Source: Mustelus asterias
Lineage: Eukaryota
Direction: 5' to 3'
DNA: 64,000 nucleotides
Assembly (NCBI RefSeq): GCF_964213995.1
Contig: NC_135814.1
Location: 27,094,001-27,158,000, forward strand
Shown here piece after piece: positions 12,271 through 26,129 of the stretch; position 1 is the first letter of the stretch; each line of letters opens with the position of its first letter. The notes beneath the pieces are model-generated. The model saw only the letters and a list, made by a program, of their open reading frames with translations, searched no databases and was not told the DNA's origin. The translations under genes were made by a program, and so were the position numbers.

Positions 12271-13668
12271 TCATAAGCTCAAAAAATAATTGGAAAAGTA
12301 TAAAGTAATCAAAAATTTATCCAAAACTGTGAACAAATGGGAATGAAGGTTCCATTGATGAAATGTGAACTTCCATATGTGTCACAGTGAGCCACACAGC
12401 AAAAGAAGAGGGAAAAAGCTCTATAGGGACAAGCACAGCATTCGTCCACCCCAGAAAGATTAGGATAAATCAACAATTACCCTTCACCACAACTGCTAAA
12501 TTGGAAAAGTACGGTTCAGTAACAAGGGGAAATGAAGATATAAGAAGTTGGCCAGATGCCAGAGCCACCTCCAAATCAACAGAGTTTAGCTGCAGTGACA
12601 CAGCCTACCAATACTTTGAAAGTAGTGCTAACAGGATATGGAAGGATTCAGACAGCCTGAACCTATGGACTCAAAGCCTTGGAGGGGGGAGGTGGGCTAA
12701 TAGTAACAATGTAAATACATAGGGTAAACTTGAATAATTTGAAATACGTTGCAGAGAGTGACTTGGGTGACGTGTAGTATAAGGCTCTGTCACATGTAAG
12801 GTCAATGTGGGACTGAGTTTCCTGATTGTTTCATTCTATTTAAGAGTCCATTTTCGCTTTAAATGACTGATGGAAATAAATCACGCATGTCCCCAAACAT
12901 TCCCACCTCCCTACAACCAACTTCCTCCCTACCTACCGCACCCCCTTCTGCATACTGCCCTCCACCACCCCCATCAGCCTCTGGAAGCTCCCATGAAGCA
13001 CATTACCCATCAAAGGCACAGGTCGATTGAGAGAGATTTCAGAGGGATGAGCTGCGCTGAGCATGGGAGAGTGCATAGCCAGCAGCCTGAGCAATGAGAC
13101 CAGAAAATCTGTTCCTTAATTCATTTGTAAGAGAGGGTTATTTTCCTCATGGGACTACCATTGGAAAGTGCCGATGCATTAATGCATGATTGCTTAATCA
13201 TACCATTCAATGTGCAAAATTTGAAATAAGAATAAAATTGAAAATTAGCTCACAAAGCATCCAATCGCAGCAGCATATGTCTGGGAAAGGATTTGTTTTG
13301 CAGCTATGATGGTATATTGAGTACTGCTTGTGTTGTTTCAATCTTATGCAGTAAGTTAATAAATGTATTTTTATTTCACTTCAAATGTGGGATTCTGTGC
13401 TATAACAGATGCAGAATGGTAAAGCCAATGAATGTAGCTATAGTAGTTCTGCCAAGCACCTGTTTAAAACACGAAATAGCCTCTTATTGCCTCGACTTGA
13501 TGAATGTCTAAAAAAAAGTTGATTCTGGAGCCATTTGGAAATATCCTGGAGGAAGGAAATTAGATATTTTATACACCTAAAACACCTTTGCAAAACATGA
13601 GAAAAATCAAGAGAAACAATGTACATGATGGAGGGACTGTTCATTTCAGAAGTGCATATGGAGACATG

Positions 13669-13795
13669 AGGTGGAATTTTCCCATTCCGCCCAGCATGGG
13701 AATCGTAGTGGGCAGGACACTGACCATGCAAAGGTCAACTGATCTCAGGGGGGGGTTTTCCGACCTGGGGTGAACATGGTTGGAAAATCCAGCCC
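13669..13795. mobile_element. Short MITE with GG(G)TGGAATTTTCC / GGAAAATCCAGCCC termini (Harbinger/PIF-like)
   Basis: Terminal inverted repeats. Related copies at 36508-36648 and 56251-56376. Confidence 0.65.
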
Positions 13796-14297
13796 ATCAT
13801 AAAATAAGAGTTTCTTTCTGAGTTGATCTGGTAAAATATCTTGCTAGCTGATGCAAAACTGAAAGAATTAAGTCGGTGTGAATCCACCATAAAGAAGGCC
13901 AGCGCTGATAAACCTTCCATGTTCACTTTCTGCTCTAAGGAAACAAGCAGGAGTAAGTTAAGTAGACTGGAGATACTAAACGATAAGCAACAGATGAATA
14001 AGCATGATTGAGAAGATTGCATACAGGTAATAAGTTATGAATAGGTCATTCATAGCAAGCTTCTGCAAAACCATTTGAATACCAAGAATTGAAAAACTAC
14101 TTAAAACAGTAAAGGCATAACAAAAAAAAACTAATGAAGCAGTAACAATTCTTGGAAATCTTTAGTGTGCTGAAAAGTCTCCTGTCTCCTGCAATTGTTC
14201 GGATTGTATGCACTTCACATTTATCGGTACTTCTGTTGTACTAGCTGAAAGAGCTGGCATTTGCAATGGAATGATAGTTGAGATCTTTAACTCTATT

Positions 14298-15186
14298 TGT
14301 GATGTGGCCCCTTTAAGGGGGTGAATCCTTGAGGGTCACATGTGTGACACTAGTGTATGTTTAAGAAATGTTTTATTTTAATCATGCCGTCTGCACATTG
14401 TAAGCTTTGGGTTTTTTCTCCATTGCTGCCGAGCTATCCGCCAGAAGTCCTTTTATTACTGCTTCAATGGTTTAAATGGGGTTTTGTTTATTTTTACTCT
14501 GGGTCTCAGGTACTTTCCGGAATTTTTTTGACCTTGCATTAGAGGGAAGATTGATTGACAAGTCAAAGTCAAGAGGTTCCTCCCAGAAGAATCCAAGGAT
14601 TCACTTTCAGTTTTGGGTTTAGTGTCAGAGGTTCTCCTGGTTGTCAAGTGGCAGGCAGGTTTTCTCTCTCTCTCTCTCTCCCTAGATTGTAAATTTTGCT
14701 GGCTAGCTGAAAGCAGGTCTCCTGGCCTAACTGGAGTGAAAATTCTGCTGTTGGTGGTTTGCTAGCTAGCTAGAATCTATATCTTTCTCCATGGTGTTTT
14801 GGGAAGCTGTTTTGACTTTAGGCTTGTCTGTGTGTCTGTCAAGAGAAGTGCAGAATCCAACCAAAGGACTAAGTTCCAGCATCACATGAGAATTCTTCTT
14901 TTCTGTGTTAAACCTGTGGCAAGTGTTTTGTTTATGGAATTTGTTCGACTGGAATGGTATTTCACTGTGAAAGATTTATATAATATCATGGTTGTTTATT
15001 TTCTTGTTTAATTGGTAAAGGTTATTGCTAATTTTCTGCTATACGTGTTAACTACATTCTTAAATAAGCTTTGTTTGATAAAAGCTCCTAGTGGGTTACT
15101 TGAATCATACATGAAGTGAAACATCACATGCTTAGCCTAGCCAAATTTAGCTTGCAAAACTTATGATCCAGGGGGACTTCATAACA
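14298..15186 (+). mobile_element. Probable solo LTR
   Basis: TGTGATG...CATAACA termini, internal (CT)n, A-rich polyA-signal-like region near 15060. No clear TSD. Confidence 0.5.
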
Positions 15187-16184
15187 CACGATCAAGCTGG
15201 ACCCTATGGAGAAGCAGCGCAGGAAGCCAAGCCAATCAGCTGTAAGGGCATCTTGGGCAGGGGAGGAATCTCAGTTGAAGCCAGGGAACAAGTTGCTTGT
15301 ACATACATATATATATAGAGCCAGTATTAAACCCTTCTCAATGAGTCGCCTTCAAAGTTATTGCACTACTGGTGAAGTCCATCTTGTAACTCATTGAAGG
15401 GGAAGCATAAAGAGATGGTGAGGCCAATAGTCGTGTCAGAAACACTTATGTTGAGGAACCTGACAGAGAGTAGCATCTAATTATACTGCAGCAATCTGTT
15501 AAATTGACATTCTGTAATGAAACTGTTCAATTATCCTTGTTCTCTTTTTAAAGAAATTTAGGAACAGTTTGTGCCTGCAAGCAAACCTACACAATCATAC
15601 ACTCTGTGCCACAAGCACCACCTACTAGAGCACGAACATAGAACCACACAACCTGGCTAATGTAAGTGATGAGTTAGTTGGAGCACAATTTGAGTCACAT
15701 TGTGTGGATGAGGATGAATCATTGAGTGGCATTAGTCACACAAAGACAGATGTCTACTGTGCTCAGGTGTCCTGTACAGTTTCTGGCCTCCCTGCAGCAT
15801 CTAATACAGACTTGACTGAAAAATGTAGACTTTTGTTTGAGTGGAATTGTTCAATGAGTCCCTTGTTTCCATGCAATGAACAGAGAAGGTTTAGGTGATG
15901 CAAGTGAATATCTGCACAGTTAAGGGTAAATGATGCTCCTTATTGGAGTATGCCAAGGGGAAAAGCACCAGTGGGATTCATATTAAAGCAGAAACAAAAT
16001 GTATTTTGGAGTCAATGGAAGAATTGCTTTTGAAGGAAGTCAGTTGAAATTATGTTCTTCTCACAGATACCAAATGTTTTGAGATAGGTCATTTGCTGTG
16101 TTGAGGGGAGACAATCATCCATCTGCAATTACAACCTCCAAGTACTTTATATCTATCAATGTGCACCTATTGCGCAGTGTAGAT

Positions 16185-19150
16185 TGTTCTGGGTTGCAAT
16201 AACTGGCAACAAGGGATTAAAAAATATAAAGATTTATTAAAAGTACTGAGCAGCTCTTAAGAGCTGTGATGTGACTTCCCACTTCCATGGGAGAACTCGC
16301 ACACTACAGATATGTGACCCCTTTTGAAGCCATGTCATCCCAGTGTCTACGTGACTACCGGGTATACATCTTTCCCATTTAAGTTGGAACAACCGGTAGT
16401 ACAAAAGGTGCAACAGTGTAAGACAAGGTGTAAACTATTTACAACATACAAAGTTAAACAGGGCTAACAAAGCATAACTATTTACATTGTGCTTAGCACA
16501 GATTGGGCTTCTGCAGCTGGTACATAGCTCATCATGTCACTTCCTCCTTTTAAAAAAATAAACTCAATTTGTAGATTAGTCCATCACATAGTCCTCAAAC
16601 CATGTATTTGGTTTACTCTGGTGCCCTGAGTGTGTGATTGTGCCAGTTGACTGTGCTTGGGATGCCGTCAGGTTGGAGTCCTTGGTGTGGATAGCATCAG
16701 GCATCCTTGTGGTGTATCCAGTGGCTGCAGGTCTTGCTGTGTTCGCCTCTGGAGGGCCTCCATTTCTATTGGTGTGGAGGGTCTAGATTGCAGGCTGGAT
16801 GCATTGTGTTCTGCAGTAGGAGAAGCCAGTTTCTTATATAATGAGCACAGTCCAAGGAGCCACGTAGCTAGTTGGCTGACTGGCATGGCTGTGAACTACT
16901 GCCAGTTTGTCGTGGCTGTGTGGGGTCTGGATCCTGACTGTCTGATCAGGTTCTCAAGGGGAGAGTCTGAAAATGTTCTCCTGGTCACCGCTTATGAGGG
17001 AGCCACTCACATTGGTTTCCACTCTCAGTTGCAAGATGGCTTTGGCAATGTGGATCATGGTCCTCGTGTGCCTGGACAACATTTGTTATGCTGACGAGGG
17101 AAAGGCCTGGCTTGGCACATCTTGCAGACTGCAGAGTGCTGCAGAGAAATCTGTGCTGTCTCAGGCACACTTCTCAAGTAGATACTTGGCTGAGCGTACC
17201 ACCTGTTCTGCTCAGCCCGTGGATATAGGGGACTACTCGTTACCTGCTAAAAGCCCCATATATGTGCAAAGTCTTTGAACTCCCTGGAGATGAACTGGCA
17301 AGTATTAATCGGTCATTATCCTTTGAGGGATGCTCTATGTAGCAAAGTATCTCTTGAGCTTGCCAATGTCTGTGTTGCTTTTCACGTCGGAAAGTGGTCA
17401 ATTTTGTACCAGAGTAACAATCTGCTAAGACCAAGGGCTGTTTACTATTCCATTTGAAGACATCAGTCGCCATGAGCAACCATGGGAGGTCCAGGACTTT
17501 GTGTAGGTGCAATGGTTTTTTTGGCTTGATGCAGTTGAACACATCACATGGATGTTTCCCTCTTCATATCTGCATTCATCGATGGCCAGTTTAGAGATTC
17601 CTATGCCTGTGCCTGGTTGCCTCCAATGTTGGGTGCTCTTGATGGAGTTGCTTGGTATATTACCCCCACAGGAACGTGGGAATGATGAATCGCTGGCCAC
17701 ACAGTATCAGTCTATCCTGTACGATTAGCTCTTCTGTCATTGGGAAGAATGTGCGGAACCCGAGGGGACGATCCTTTGAAGACTCAGGCCAGTCTCTCAT
17801 AATGATGGCGTAAAGCTGCCTGCAAATGAGATCCGCCTGTAGGGCAACCTTCAGTTCCTTGATTCGACAAGACAAAAGTACCAGCATGGTCATGATGTCA
17901 AAGTCCTCCTCATGATCTGCCTGGTCAGTAAGAGGGCTCTGGAAAGAGCATCAGCGAGATGCAGCTCTTTAACATGGTTGTAGGTGACTCTGAGGTTGTA
18001 GCATTGCAGCTTGAGCATCATGCACTGCAGTCATGCAGATGCAGTATGAGAGGCTTTTTAAAGAATTGGCTGAAGATCAATTTCAACACTTACAAGATGA
18101 CCAGAGATGAAGTCATGAAATTTCGGACAAGCAAAGTCTAAGGCAAAGAGTTCCTTCTCAATCTGGGCACAACAGGTCTCAGTGTCAGTGAGGGCCCTTG
18201 ATGCAAAAGCTACTGGTCTGCCATTCTGGATGCAGACTGTGCCAAGTCCATGCTGGGAAGCATCTACTGATAGGAATACAGATGCTTGAACGTCAAAGTA
18301 TCGTAGCACCAGAGGAGCTGGCAGTGTCTAATGAGTTTGTTGAATGTAGCAGTAAGATGCTTCTGCCAACACCATTCGAAATCTTGGTGGAGGAGATGAT
18401 GAAGAGGTCCAGTGACCTCACTGTAGCATGGAATGAATTTGGAAATATAATTTGTCATAGCAAGGAAGCACTACAAGTCGTGCTTGTCCTTTGGAATGGA
18501 TATCTGTTGTATAGCTGTTGTCTTATCTGGATCTGGCTTCATACCATCAGCTGTGAGAATGTGACCCACATAGGGAAGCAGATTGGCCCTGACTCTGCAC
18601 TTAGCTGGGTTGAGCTTTAACTGTATGATCCTGATTCTGTCGAGGACTAAACGATGATGTGCATCATGTTCTTACATTGAGTGATCCAGACCAGGATGAC
18701 TTTGCAGGGTTGTCCTGCAAAGAGTTGCTCCATGCATCATGAGAAGAACTCACTGTCAGTGGAGATCCCATGGGGCATGTGGAGGAAATGTTTTTTGTCT
18801 ACTGGAGACATGAACAGAGTGAGTTGAGGAATCTTCATCCAACAGGTTTTGCCAGAACCCACACTTCATATCCAAGATGCTGAAAACTTTGGCATTGGGC
18901 ATGTCAGCTATAACTTGTTAAACTGTCTTCATGGGAGGACAAGGTCTCAGCCTTGCTTGGGTGAACTGAGTTAGTGCAGATCCTGACCTTCCTGTCTTTC
19001 TTTACTGAAGCCACCACTTATGAAACCCATGTGTGGCCTTGCCAATAGGATCACCCAATGTTGCCCGCCATCTGATGCAACTCATTGACTACTTTCTGCT
19101 TCATTGCCAGGGGCACTCATCTCAGAGCACAGACCGTGGGTAATATTTAG
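16185..19150 (-). mobile_element. Decayed Gypsy LTR retrotransposon (pol remnant plus putative 3' LTR)
   Basis: RNase H LSVDASQHGLG..RPVAFASRALTDTE..AQIEKE (18058-18309), RT thumb NYISKFIP (18264-18458), integrase DVFKWNSKQPLVLADCYS (17240-17542). Polypurine tract at 16540-16551 followed by a TG...CA LTR at 16539-16185. Confidence 0.8.
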
Positions 19151-19199
19151 TCATCCAGCCTCATATATGACAGGTAGCTTCCCAATGACTTTGCAGTTG

Positions 19200-19470
19200 A
19201 ATATATTCTCTCATTTCTGGGGCCTGGTGCTGCAGTGTGTACATCTGGTTCACTGGCAAGTTCTCCTCAAAGTCACACACCATCCAATTGGAACAACATT
19301 GCTGTTTCTTCACTGTGGCTGGATCAAAATCCTGGAACTTCCTTCCTGACAGCACTGTGGGTATACCTACACTACATTGACTGTTGTGGTTCAAAATGGA
19401 GGCTCACCTTCTCAAGAGAAAGTAGGGCTGGACAATAAAGTGATGCTCATCACATGAAATAATTGAAAAT
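19200..19470 (+). mobile_element. 3' end fragment of a second LINE family (shares its tail with the second SINE family)
   Basis: Contains TCAAAATCCTGGAAC..AGCACTGTGGGT..CAATAAA. Related fragments at about 26910-27610, 41650-41790 and 49135-49400. Confidence 0.55.
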
Positions 19471-19499
19471 AGAGTATTCCTCTGTTTAGAAAGGAAAAT

Positions 19500-22400
19500 G
19501 TTGTGGAGATGCCGGCGTTGGACTGGGATAAACACAGTAAGAAGTCCCACAACACCAGGCTAAAGTCCAACAGTTTTATTTGGTGGCAAAAGCCACTAGC
19601 TTTCAGAGCGCTGCTGCTTCATCAGGTAAGTGGGAATTCTGTTCACAAACAGGGAATATAAAGACACAAACTCAACTTACAAAATAATGATTGGAATGCG
19701 AGTCTTTACAGGTAATCAAGTCTTAAAGGTACAGACAATGTGAGTGGAGAGAGGGTTAAGCACAGGTTAAAGAGATATGTATTGGCTCCAGCCAGGACAG
19801 TTCGTGAGATTTTGCAAGCCCAGGCAAGTCGTGAGCATCGTGAGGGTTACAGATAGTGTGACATGAACCCAAGATCCCAGTTGAGGCCGTTCTCATGTGT
19901 GCGGAACTTGGCTATCAGTCTCTGCTCAGCGATTCTGCGTTGTCATATGTCGTGAAGGCCGCCTTGGAGAATGCTACCCAAAGATCAGAGGCTGAATGCC
20001 CATGACCGCTGAAGTGTTCCCCAACAGGAAGAGAACACTCTTGCCTGGTGATTGTCAAGTGGTGTTCATTCATCCGTTGTCATAGCATCTGCATGGTCTC
20101 TCCAATGTACCATGCCTCAGGACATCCTTTCCTGCAGCGTATCAGGTAGACAAAGTTGGCCGAGTTGCAAGAGTATGTACCGTGTACCTGATGGATGGTG
20201 TTCTCATGTGAGATGATGGCGCCATGTCGATGATCCGGCACGTCTTGCATAGGTTGCTGTGGCAGGGTTGTGTGTGGTGTTGGTGGTCACTGTTCTCTTG
20301 AAGGCTGGGTAGTTTGCTGCGGACAATGGTCTGTTTGAGGTTGTGTGGTTGTTTGAAGGCAAGAAGTGGGGGTGTGGGGATGGCCTTGGCGAGATGTTCG
20401 TCTTCATCAATTACATGTTGAAGGCTCCGGAGAAGATGTCATAGCTTCTCCGCTCCGGGGAAGTACTGGACGATGAAGGGTACTCTGTCCGCCGTGTCCC
20501 GGGTTTGTCTTCTGAGGAGGTCGGTGCAGTTTTCCGCTGTGGCGCATCGGAACTGTCGATTGATGAGTCGAGTGCCATATCCTCTTCTTATGCGGGCATC
20601 TTTCAGCATCTGGAGGTGTCTGTTGCGATCCTCCTCATCTGAGCAGATCCTGTGTACATGGAGGGCTTGTCCATAGGGGATGGCTTCTTTAACATGTTTA
20701 GGGTGGAAGCTGGAGAAGTGGAGCATCTCGAGGTTATCAGTGGGTTTGCGGTACAGTGAGGTGCTGAGGTGACCATCCTTGATGGAGATGGGTGTGTCCA
20801 ATAATGCAACCGATTCTGGAGAGTAGTCCATGGGGAGTCTGATGGTGGGATGGAACTTGTTGATGTCATCATATAGTGGTTTTAGTGATTGTTCACCATG
20901 AGTCCAAAGGAAGAAAATGTCATCGATGTATCTAGTGTATAGCATCGGTTGACGGTCCTGTGCGGTGAAGAGGTCTTGTTCGAACCTGTGCATGAAGATG
21001 TTGGCATATTGAGGTGTGAATTTGGTCCCCACGGCTGTTCCGCGTGTCTGGATGAAGAACTGGTTGTTGAAGGTGAAGACATTGTGGTCCAGGATGAAGC
21101 GGATGAGTTGTAAAATTGCATCTGGAGACTGGCAGTTTTCGGCATTGAGTACTGAGGCAGTTGCAGCAATGCCATCATCGTGGGGGATGCTGGTGTAGAG
21201 TGCCGAGACATCCATTGTGACGATGAGTGCTCCTGGTTCAACTGCTCCATGTGTGCTGAGTTTCTGTAGGAAGTCTGTAGTGTCGTGACAAAAGCTGGGT
21301 GGTCTTTGTACAATGGGTTTCAGGATACCCTCGACATAGCCGGAGAGGTTCTTGCACAGGCTCCCATTACCCGATATGATGGGATGGCTGGGTGTGTTTG
21401 CCTCGTGTATCTTTGGGAGGCAGTAGAGATCTCCAACGCGGGGAGTATGTGGGATGAGAGCACGGAGGGTGCTCTGAAGGTCCGGATCAAAGGTCTTGAT
21501 CAGTCTGTTGAGCTGACGGGTGTGTTCTTTGGTCGAATCTGCAGGTAACTGTCTGTAGTGTTCCTCGTTGTTCAGTTGTCGGTACACTTCTTTGCAGCAA
21601 TCCGTTCTGATCAGTATGACGATGGCCCTTCCTTTGTCTGCTGGTTTGATGACAATGTTACCAGTTTGTCTTGAGAGCATGGATGGCATTGCGTTGTGCT
21701 TGGGTGATGTTCGGGGCTGTCTTGTGAGTGCGGCTGATGAATCTGGTGTTGACGCACCTCCTGACGGCTTGGGCATACATGTCAAGTCGAGGGCAGTGGC
21801 CTTCCGGAGGAGTCCAATTCGACTCTTTCCTCTTCGGATGCACTGCGGATCTCTCTGTCGGCTATTCCGGTTCATTGGCTGTCTCATTGTGTTCGCTGTT
21901 GGCCTCTTGAGGTTTGTGGAAGAACTCCCGCAGCCTCATTCGCCTGATGAATTCCTCTGTGTCTGCTGCGAGACTGATGGGGTCTATTTTGGTGGTGGGG
22001 CAGAAATTGAGCCCTCGGCTGAGAACTTTGATTTCATCTGGTTGAAGTGTGTAGTCCGACAAGTTGACAATGGACTTCCCTGCAGTTCTACTGTTTTCTA
22101 CTGTGGTACCAGGGGAGGCTTGGTTGCTGCTGGTGGTGATGCTGAGTTTCTCAAGTTTCCTGTTCTTGGTGTGCATCTAGATGGCGTAGTTCCTTTGTCT
22201 CGTCTACACTGCAGGAAAGGATGTCCCGAGGCATTGTACATTGGGGAGACCATGCACATGCTACAACAATGGATGAATGAACACCACTCGACAATCACCA
22301 GGCAAGACTGTTCTCTTCCTGTTGGGGAGCACTTCAGCGGTCACGGGCATTCGGCTTCTGATCTTCGGGTAAGCGTTCTCCAAGGCAGCCTTCAGGACAC

Positions 22401-22810
22401 ACGACAACGCAGAGTCGCTGAGCAGAGACTGATAGCCAAGTTCCGCACACATGAGGACGGCCTCAACTGGGATCTTGGGTTCATGTCACACTATCTGTAA
22501 CCCCCACGATGCTCACGACTTGCCTGGGCTTGCAAAATCTCACAAACTGTCCCGGCTGGAGCCAATACATATCTCTTTAACCTGTGCTTAACGCTCTCTC
22601 CACTCACATTGGCTGCACCTTTAAGACTTGATTACCTGCAAAGACTCGCATTCCAACCATTATTTTGTAAATTGAGTTTGTGTCTTTATATGCCCTGTTT
22701 GTGAACACAACTCCCACTTACCTGACAAAGGAGCAGCGCTCTGAAAGCTAGTGGCTTTTGCTACCAAGTAAACCTGTTGGACTTTAACCTGGTGTTGTGA
22801 GACTTCTTAC
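19500..22810 (-). mobile_element. Penelope-like element with RT and GIY-YIG remnants and an inverted partial second copy
   Basis: Frameshifted minus-strand RT (TMDVSALYTSIPH, GTAVG..PQYANIFM, RYIDDIFF; 20439-21887) and GIY-YIG region at about 19850-20260. Plus-strand copy of GIY-YIG end plus pLTR at about 22202-22810, inverted relative to 19537-20150. TSD TAGAAAGGAAAAT (19487-19499) / TAGGAAGGAAAAT (22811-22823). Confidence 0.93.
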
Positions 22811-23279
22811 TAGGAAGGAAAATTCCAGAGGTTATTGCGGGATTGTATTGTAAGTAATCACCTATTTGTCTTGAATTTCTGAAATGTATTTCAGAATGTC
22901 AATTGTATTTTTTACCAATCATCCTCAGTGTTACATGAATTTAATTGAACTTGCCTATCCAATTTTTTAATTGTCCTCCTCTTTGAAAGCAAGTTGGCAT
23001 TGAGCATTCTATAGGTCACACACATTTAGTTGTGTAATTAGAACCATTGAACATTATAATTCGGGAGAAAGACATTTACTCCAGTATGTCTCATTTAATT
23101 AAAGCAATTTGTATCTAATTCTACTGCACCACTCTTTTCCATAAGTATTTTTCCGGGTTTAATGCAGTGGATGCGTGTTAGAAGTGACAACTGATCTCAC
23201 TTTTCACTTTCAATTACTCTTCCCTGTCGTCTGGCTTGATGGAACTTCTCTCGCTTAGTTCTGATTTTGGAAAACCCAT

Positions 23280-23690
23280 TGTTGAGAATTTATTTTTAAG
23301 AGGTTGCAACCTGCAGGATAGAGAAAGGATAGCCAGTGAATGTAGTGCACTGGATTTTCATGAAGCATTCTATAAGGTGCCATACAAGAGATTGCAATAA
23401 ATTAGAGCTCATGCAATTGGAAGTAATATGTTGGGTGGAGAATTTGGTCACAGACATAAAATGGAGAGTGCCAGTTTTGGATTGGCAGGCTGTAACTAAT
23501 GTGGTACTGCAAGTACACCTTAGCTATTTATAATTTCTCGATATAACATAAAAGTGGGGATGAGGTGTAATATAGTTAACTTTGCTGACCATTCAAAGGC
23601 TAAGTAGGATAGTAAGGTGTGAGGAAGACACAAAAAGGCTACAAAGTGATATAGACGGATTAAGTGAGTGAGCAAAATCATGATAGCATT
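23280..23690 (+). mobile_element. Degenerate CR1 RT fragment
   Basis: Remnants of LDFMKAF.KVPH and FAD motifs. Confidence 0.65.
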
Positions 23691-24805
23691 ACGGAGCGCG
23701 GAATTTTACGCTGCCTCACCGACAGATTTGTAGGTGGGGGCCGAGTATAAAATTCCTCAGAATTTTCTGCTGGGTTCCTGTCAGCCCTGACATCTCTGCA
23801 ATTTTACACTGGGCAGACAAGGCCATGGCCAGCCAGCCAGCCGTTGCCCCAGTTGAGGTCCTTAAATGGCCGATTATTGATCATTTAAGGGCCAATTCCC
23901 ACCCAGCCTCAACGTTCAGGTGGTGGGAGGAGTTCCACGCTATGCAGGAAGCCTGAAAATAAGTCAGGTTCAGATGTTGGGTGGGAAATGTGGACCTCCA
24001 GCACCAACCTCCATTTAATCTTGGTTTCCAACTCTTCCCCCGCACCCCCCCCCCCCCCCTCAGTTTAAGGTCCGGTAACAGTGGGACCAACCTGCCTCCC
24101 AAATCCAGCCTCCCCACTGACATGACAATCCCTGTCTGTCCACAACCATCTCCCAAGTCCTACCCTACCCTCCCTGCACTGACACCCCTCAAAACCTACC
24201 TGGTCTTGGAATCTGGGTCTAAGGCACTACAGGCTGCTTGCTGTCTCAGTCCTGGCTACTACAGCTTCTGGTGCTGCCTGGAATAGAGAGCTGCTGGTTA
24301 ATCAGATTGACTGGCAACTCTCTGATGCAAGACTTCCCCTTAGTAAGGGGCAGAAGTCCCGTCTCCAAACAATTAACAATCGTTGGAATGGGAAATCAAT
24401 GTGGAGAAGGAGCCTCAGTAGCAGACTGTTGGATGGGAATCTCCAGCATCCATGGTCATATGATACATAGCACAGCAACAGGCCCAACAATCCATGCTGT
24501 TGTTTATGTTTTACTTGCTCTCCTCTTGTCTTTCCTCATTAAATCCATTACCGAAATCCTCTATTCCCGTCTTCCCTGTATGCTTAACTAGCTTCCTCTT
24601 AAATGCATTGATACAATTCGCTTCAACTCCATGGCCAGAATTTTACCGCTACGCCCGCCCCAATTCCGGTCACAGAACGGAATTCTTTGTTGGCCTCAGG
24701 CGGGATTTTACAAGCCTCGCCCGAGCGAGGTCGTAAAATATTGGCCCACGTGGTGGTGAGTTCCACATTCTTACCATAGGTTGACTGTAGAATGCTGTTT
24801 TCTTT

Positions 24806-25088
24806 TAATTTATTCATCACAAGTAGGCTTACATTAACACTGCAATTAAGTTACTGTGAAAATCTCCTAGTTGTCACACTCTGGTGCCTGTTCGGGTACA
24901 CTGAGGGTGAATTTAGCATGGCCAATTCACCTAACCAGCACATCTTTCAGACTGTGGGAGGAAACCGGAGCACCCAGAGGAAACCCTCGCAGACACGGGG
25001 AGAACGTGCAGACTCCGCACAGACAGTGACCCAAGCCGGGAATCGAACCCAGGTCCCTGGTGCTGTGAAGCAGCAGTGCTAACCACAG
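24806..25088 (-). mobile_element. V-SINE with HE1-like head and core but a different 3' tail
   Basis: 24915-25088 matches the other HE1-like copies. 24806-24914 does not match their tail. Confidence 0.75.
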
Positions 25089-25089
25089 G

Positions 25090-25960
25090 TTCTGAATTTG
25101 CTAATGGATTTCTTGGTGACTATCTTATACTGGTGGTCTCTGGTTTTCACAAGAAGAAGAAACATTCTCTTTATAGACACTCTATCGAAATGTTTCAGAA
25201 ATTCATTTTGAAACCTCAAACAGGTCACTCCTCGGGCTTCTTTTTTTCAGGAGAAAAATCATCCAACCTCAAAATCCTTACCATATATGTATACTTGCAC
25301 ATTTCTAGAAATCATCTCTGCACCCTCTCCTTGTCTCCGTATCATTTTTTTGTAATGTGGCTACCAGAATTTCAGTTTTCAAAATGTAGTCCAGTGAAGG
25401 CTGGATTCAGATTAGCACAACTTCCAAATTCTATTACTCCTGAGGCTTGCTTTTTTTGTTGCTTGCTAACCTGTGGTGTAGCTTTTCATGATTCGTGTAT
25501 TTGTACTCTGAGAACCCATTGTTCCTTTTCACCACCTAGATTTTCATCTTCCAACTAATAAATGATCTCCCTGTTCTTCCAACGAAAATTGTACTCTCTC
25601 ACATTAATCTGTGCTGAACTTCATTTACCAATTACTTTCCCATTCTGCAAGTTTATTAAAGTGCACTGCAATTTGTTGCAGTGCTCTGCTGTACTGACTA
25701 ACCAATTTGGTGTCATCCACAAATTAAACAATCGTATTTTTGATTTCAAAGACCAAATTTTTAATGTAAATTGTGAACAGATGGAATATAATTGAGAAAT
25801 GTGAGATTAACTACTTTGTTGGGAAATATAGAAAAGCAGAATATTTTTAAATTGGCAAGACAGTTGGAACATTTGGTGCTCAGACGGAGCTGGATGTCAT
25901 TGTACATGAATTCTGGAAAGTTAACATGCAGGTACAGAAAACTGTTCGTGCTTAAATGTA
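25090..25960 (-). mobile_element. Highly degenerate CR1 ORF2 3' fragment
   Basis: Collinear decayed similarity to 3300-3880 and 5250-5640. Confidence 0.5.
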
Positions 25961-26129
25961 AAGGAGTCTGATTGCAAGGACCACAAAGAACAGGACAAAC
26001 AGTCCGAAGAGCGAGAAGATTTGTACGCAAGGTTATTTTATTAATTAATTCATGGATGTGGGCATCACTGGCAAAAAAAGCCTTTATTGCCCATCCCTAA
26101 TTGTGCTCGAGAAGATACAAACATATGAA

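Noticed and set aside
15400-16140. Coding-like stretch upstream of the decayed Gypsy
   Set aside because: No recognisable motif and multiple stops in all frames; it cannot be assigned.
21568-22500. 310-aa ORF as a novel protein
   Set aside because: It is antisense Penelope sequence running through the inversion junction into the GIY-YIG end, a chance fusion.
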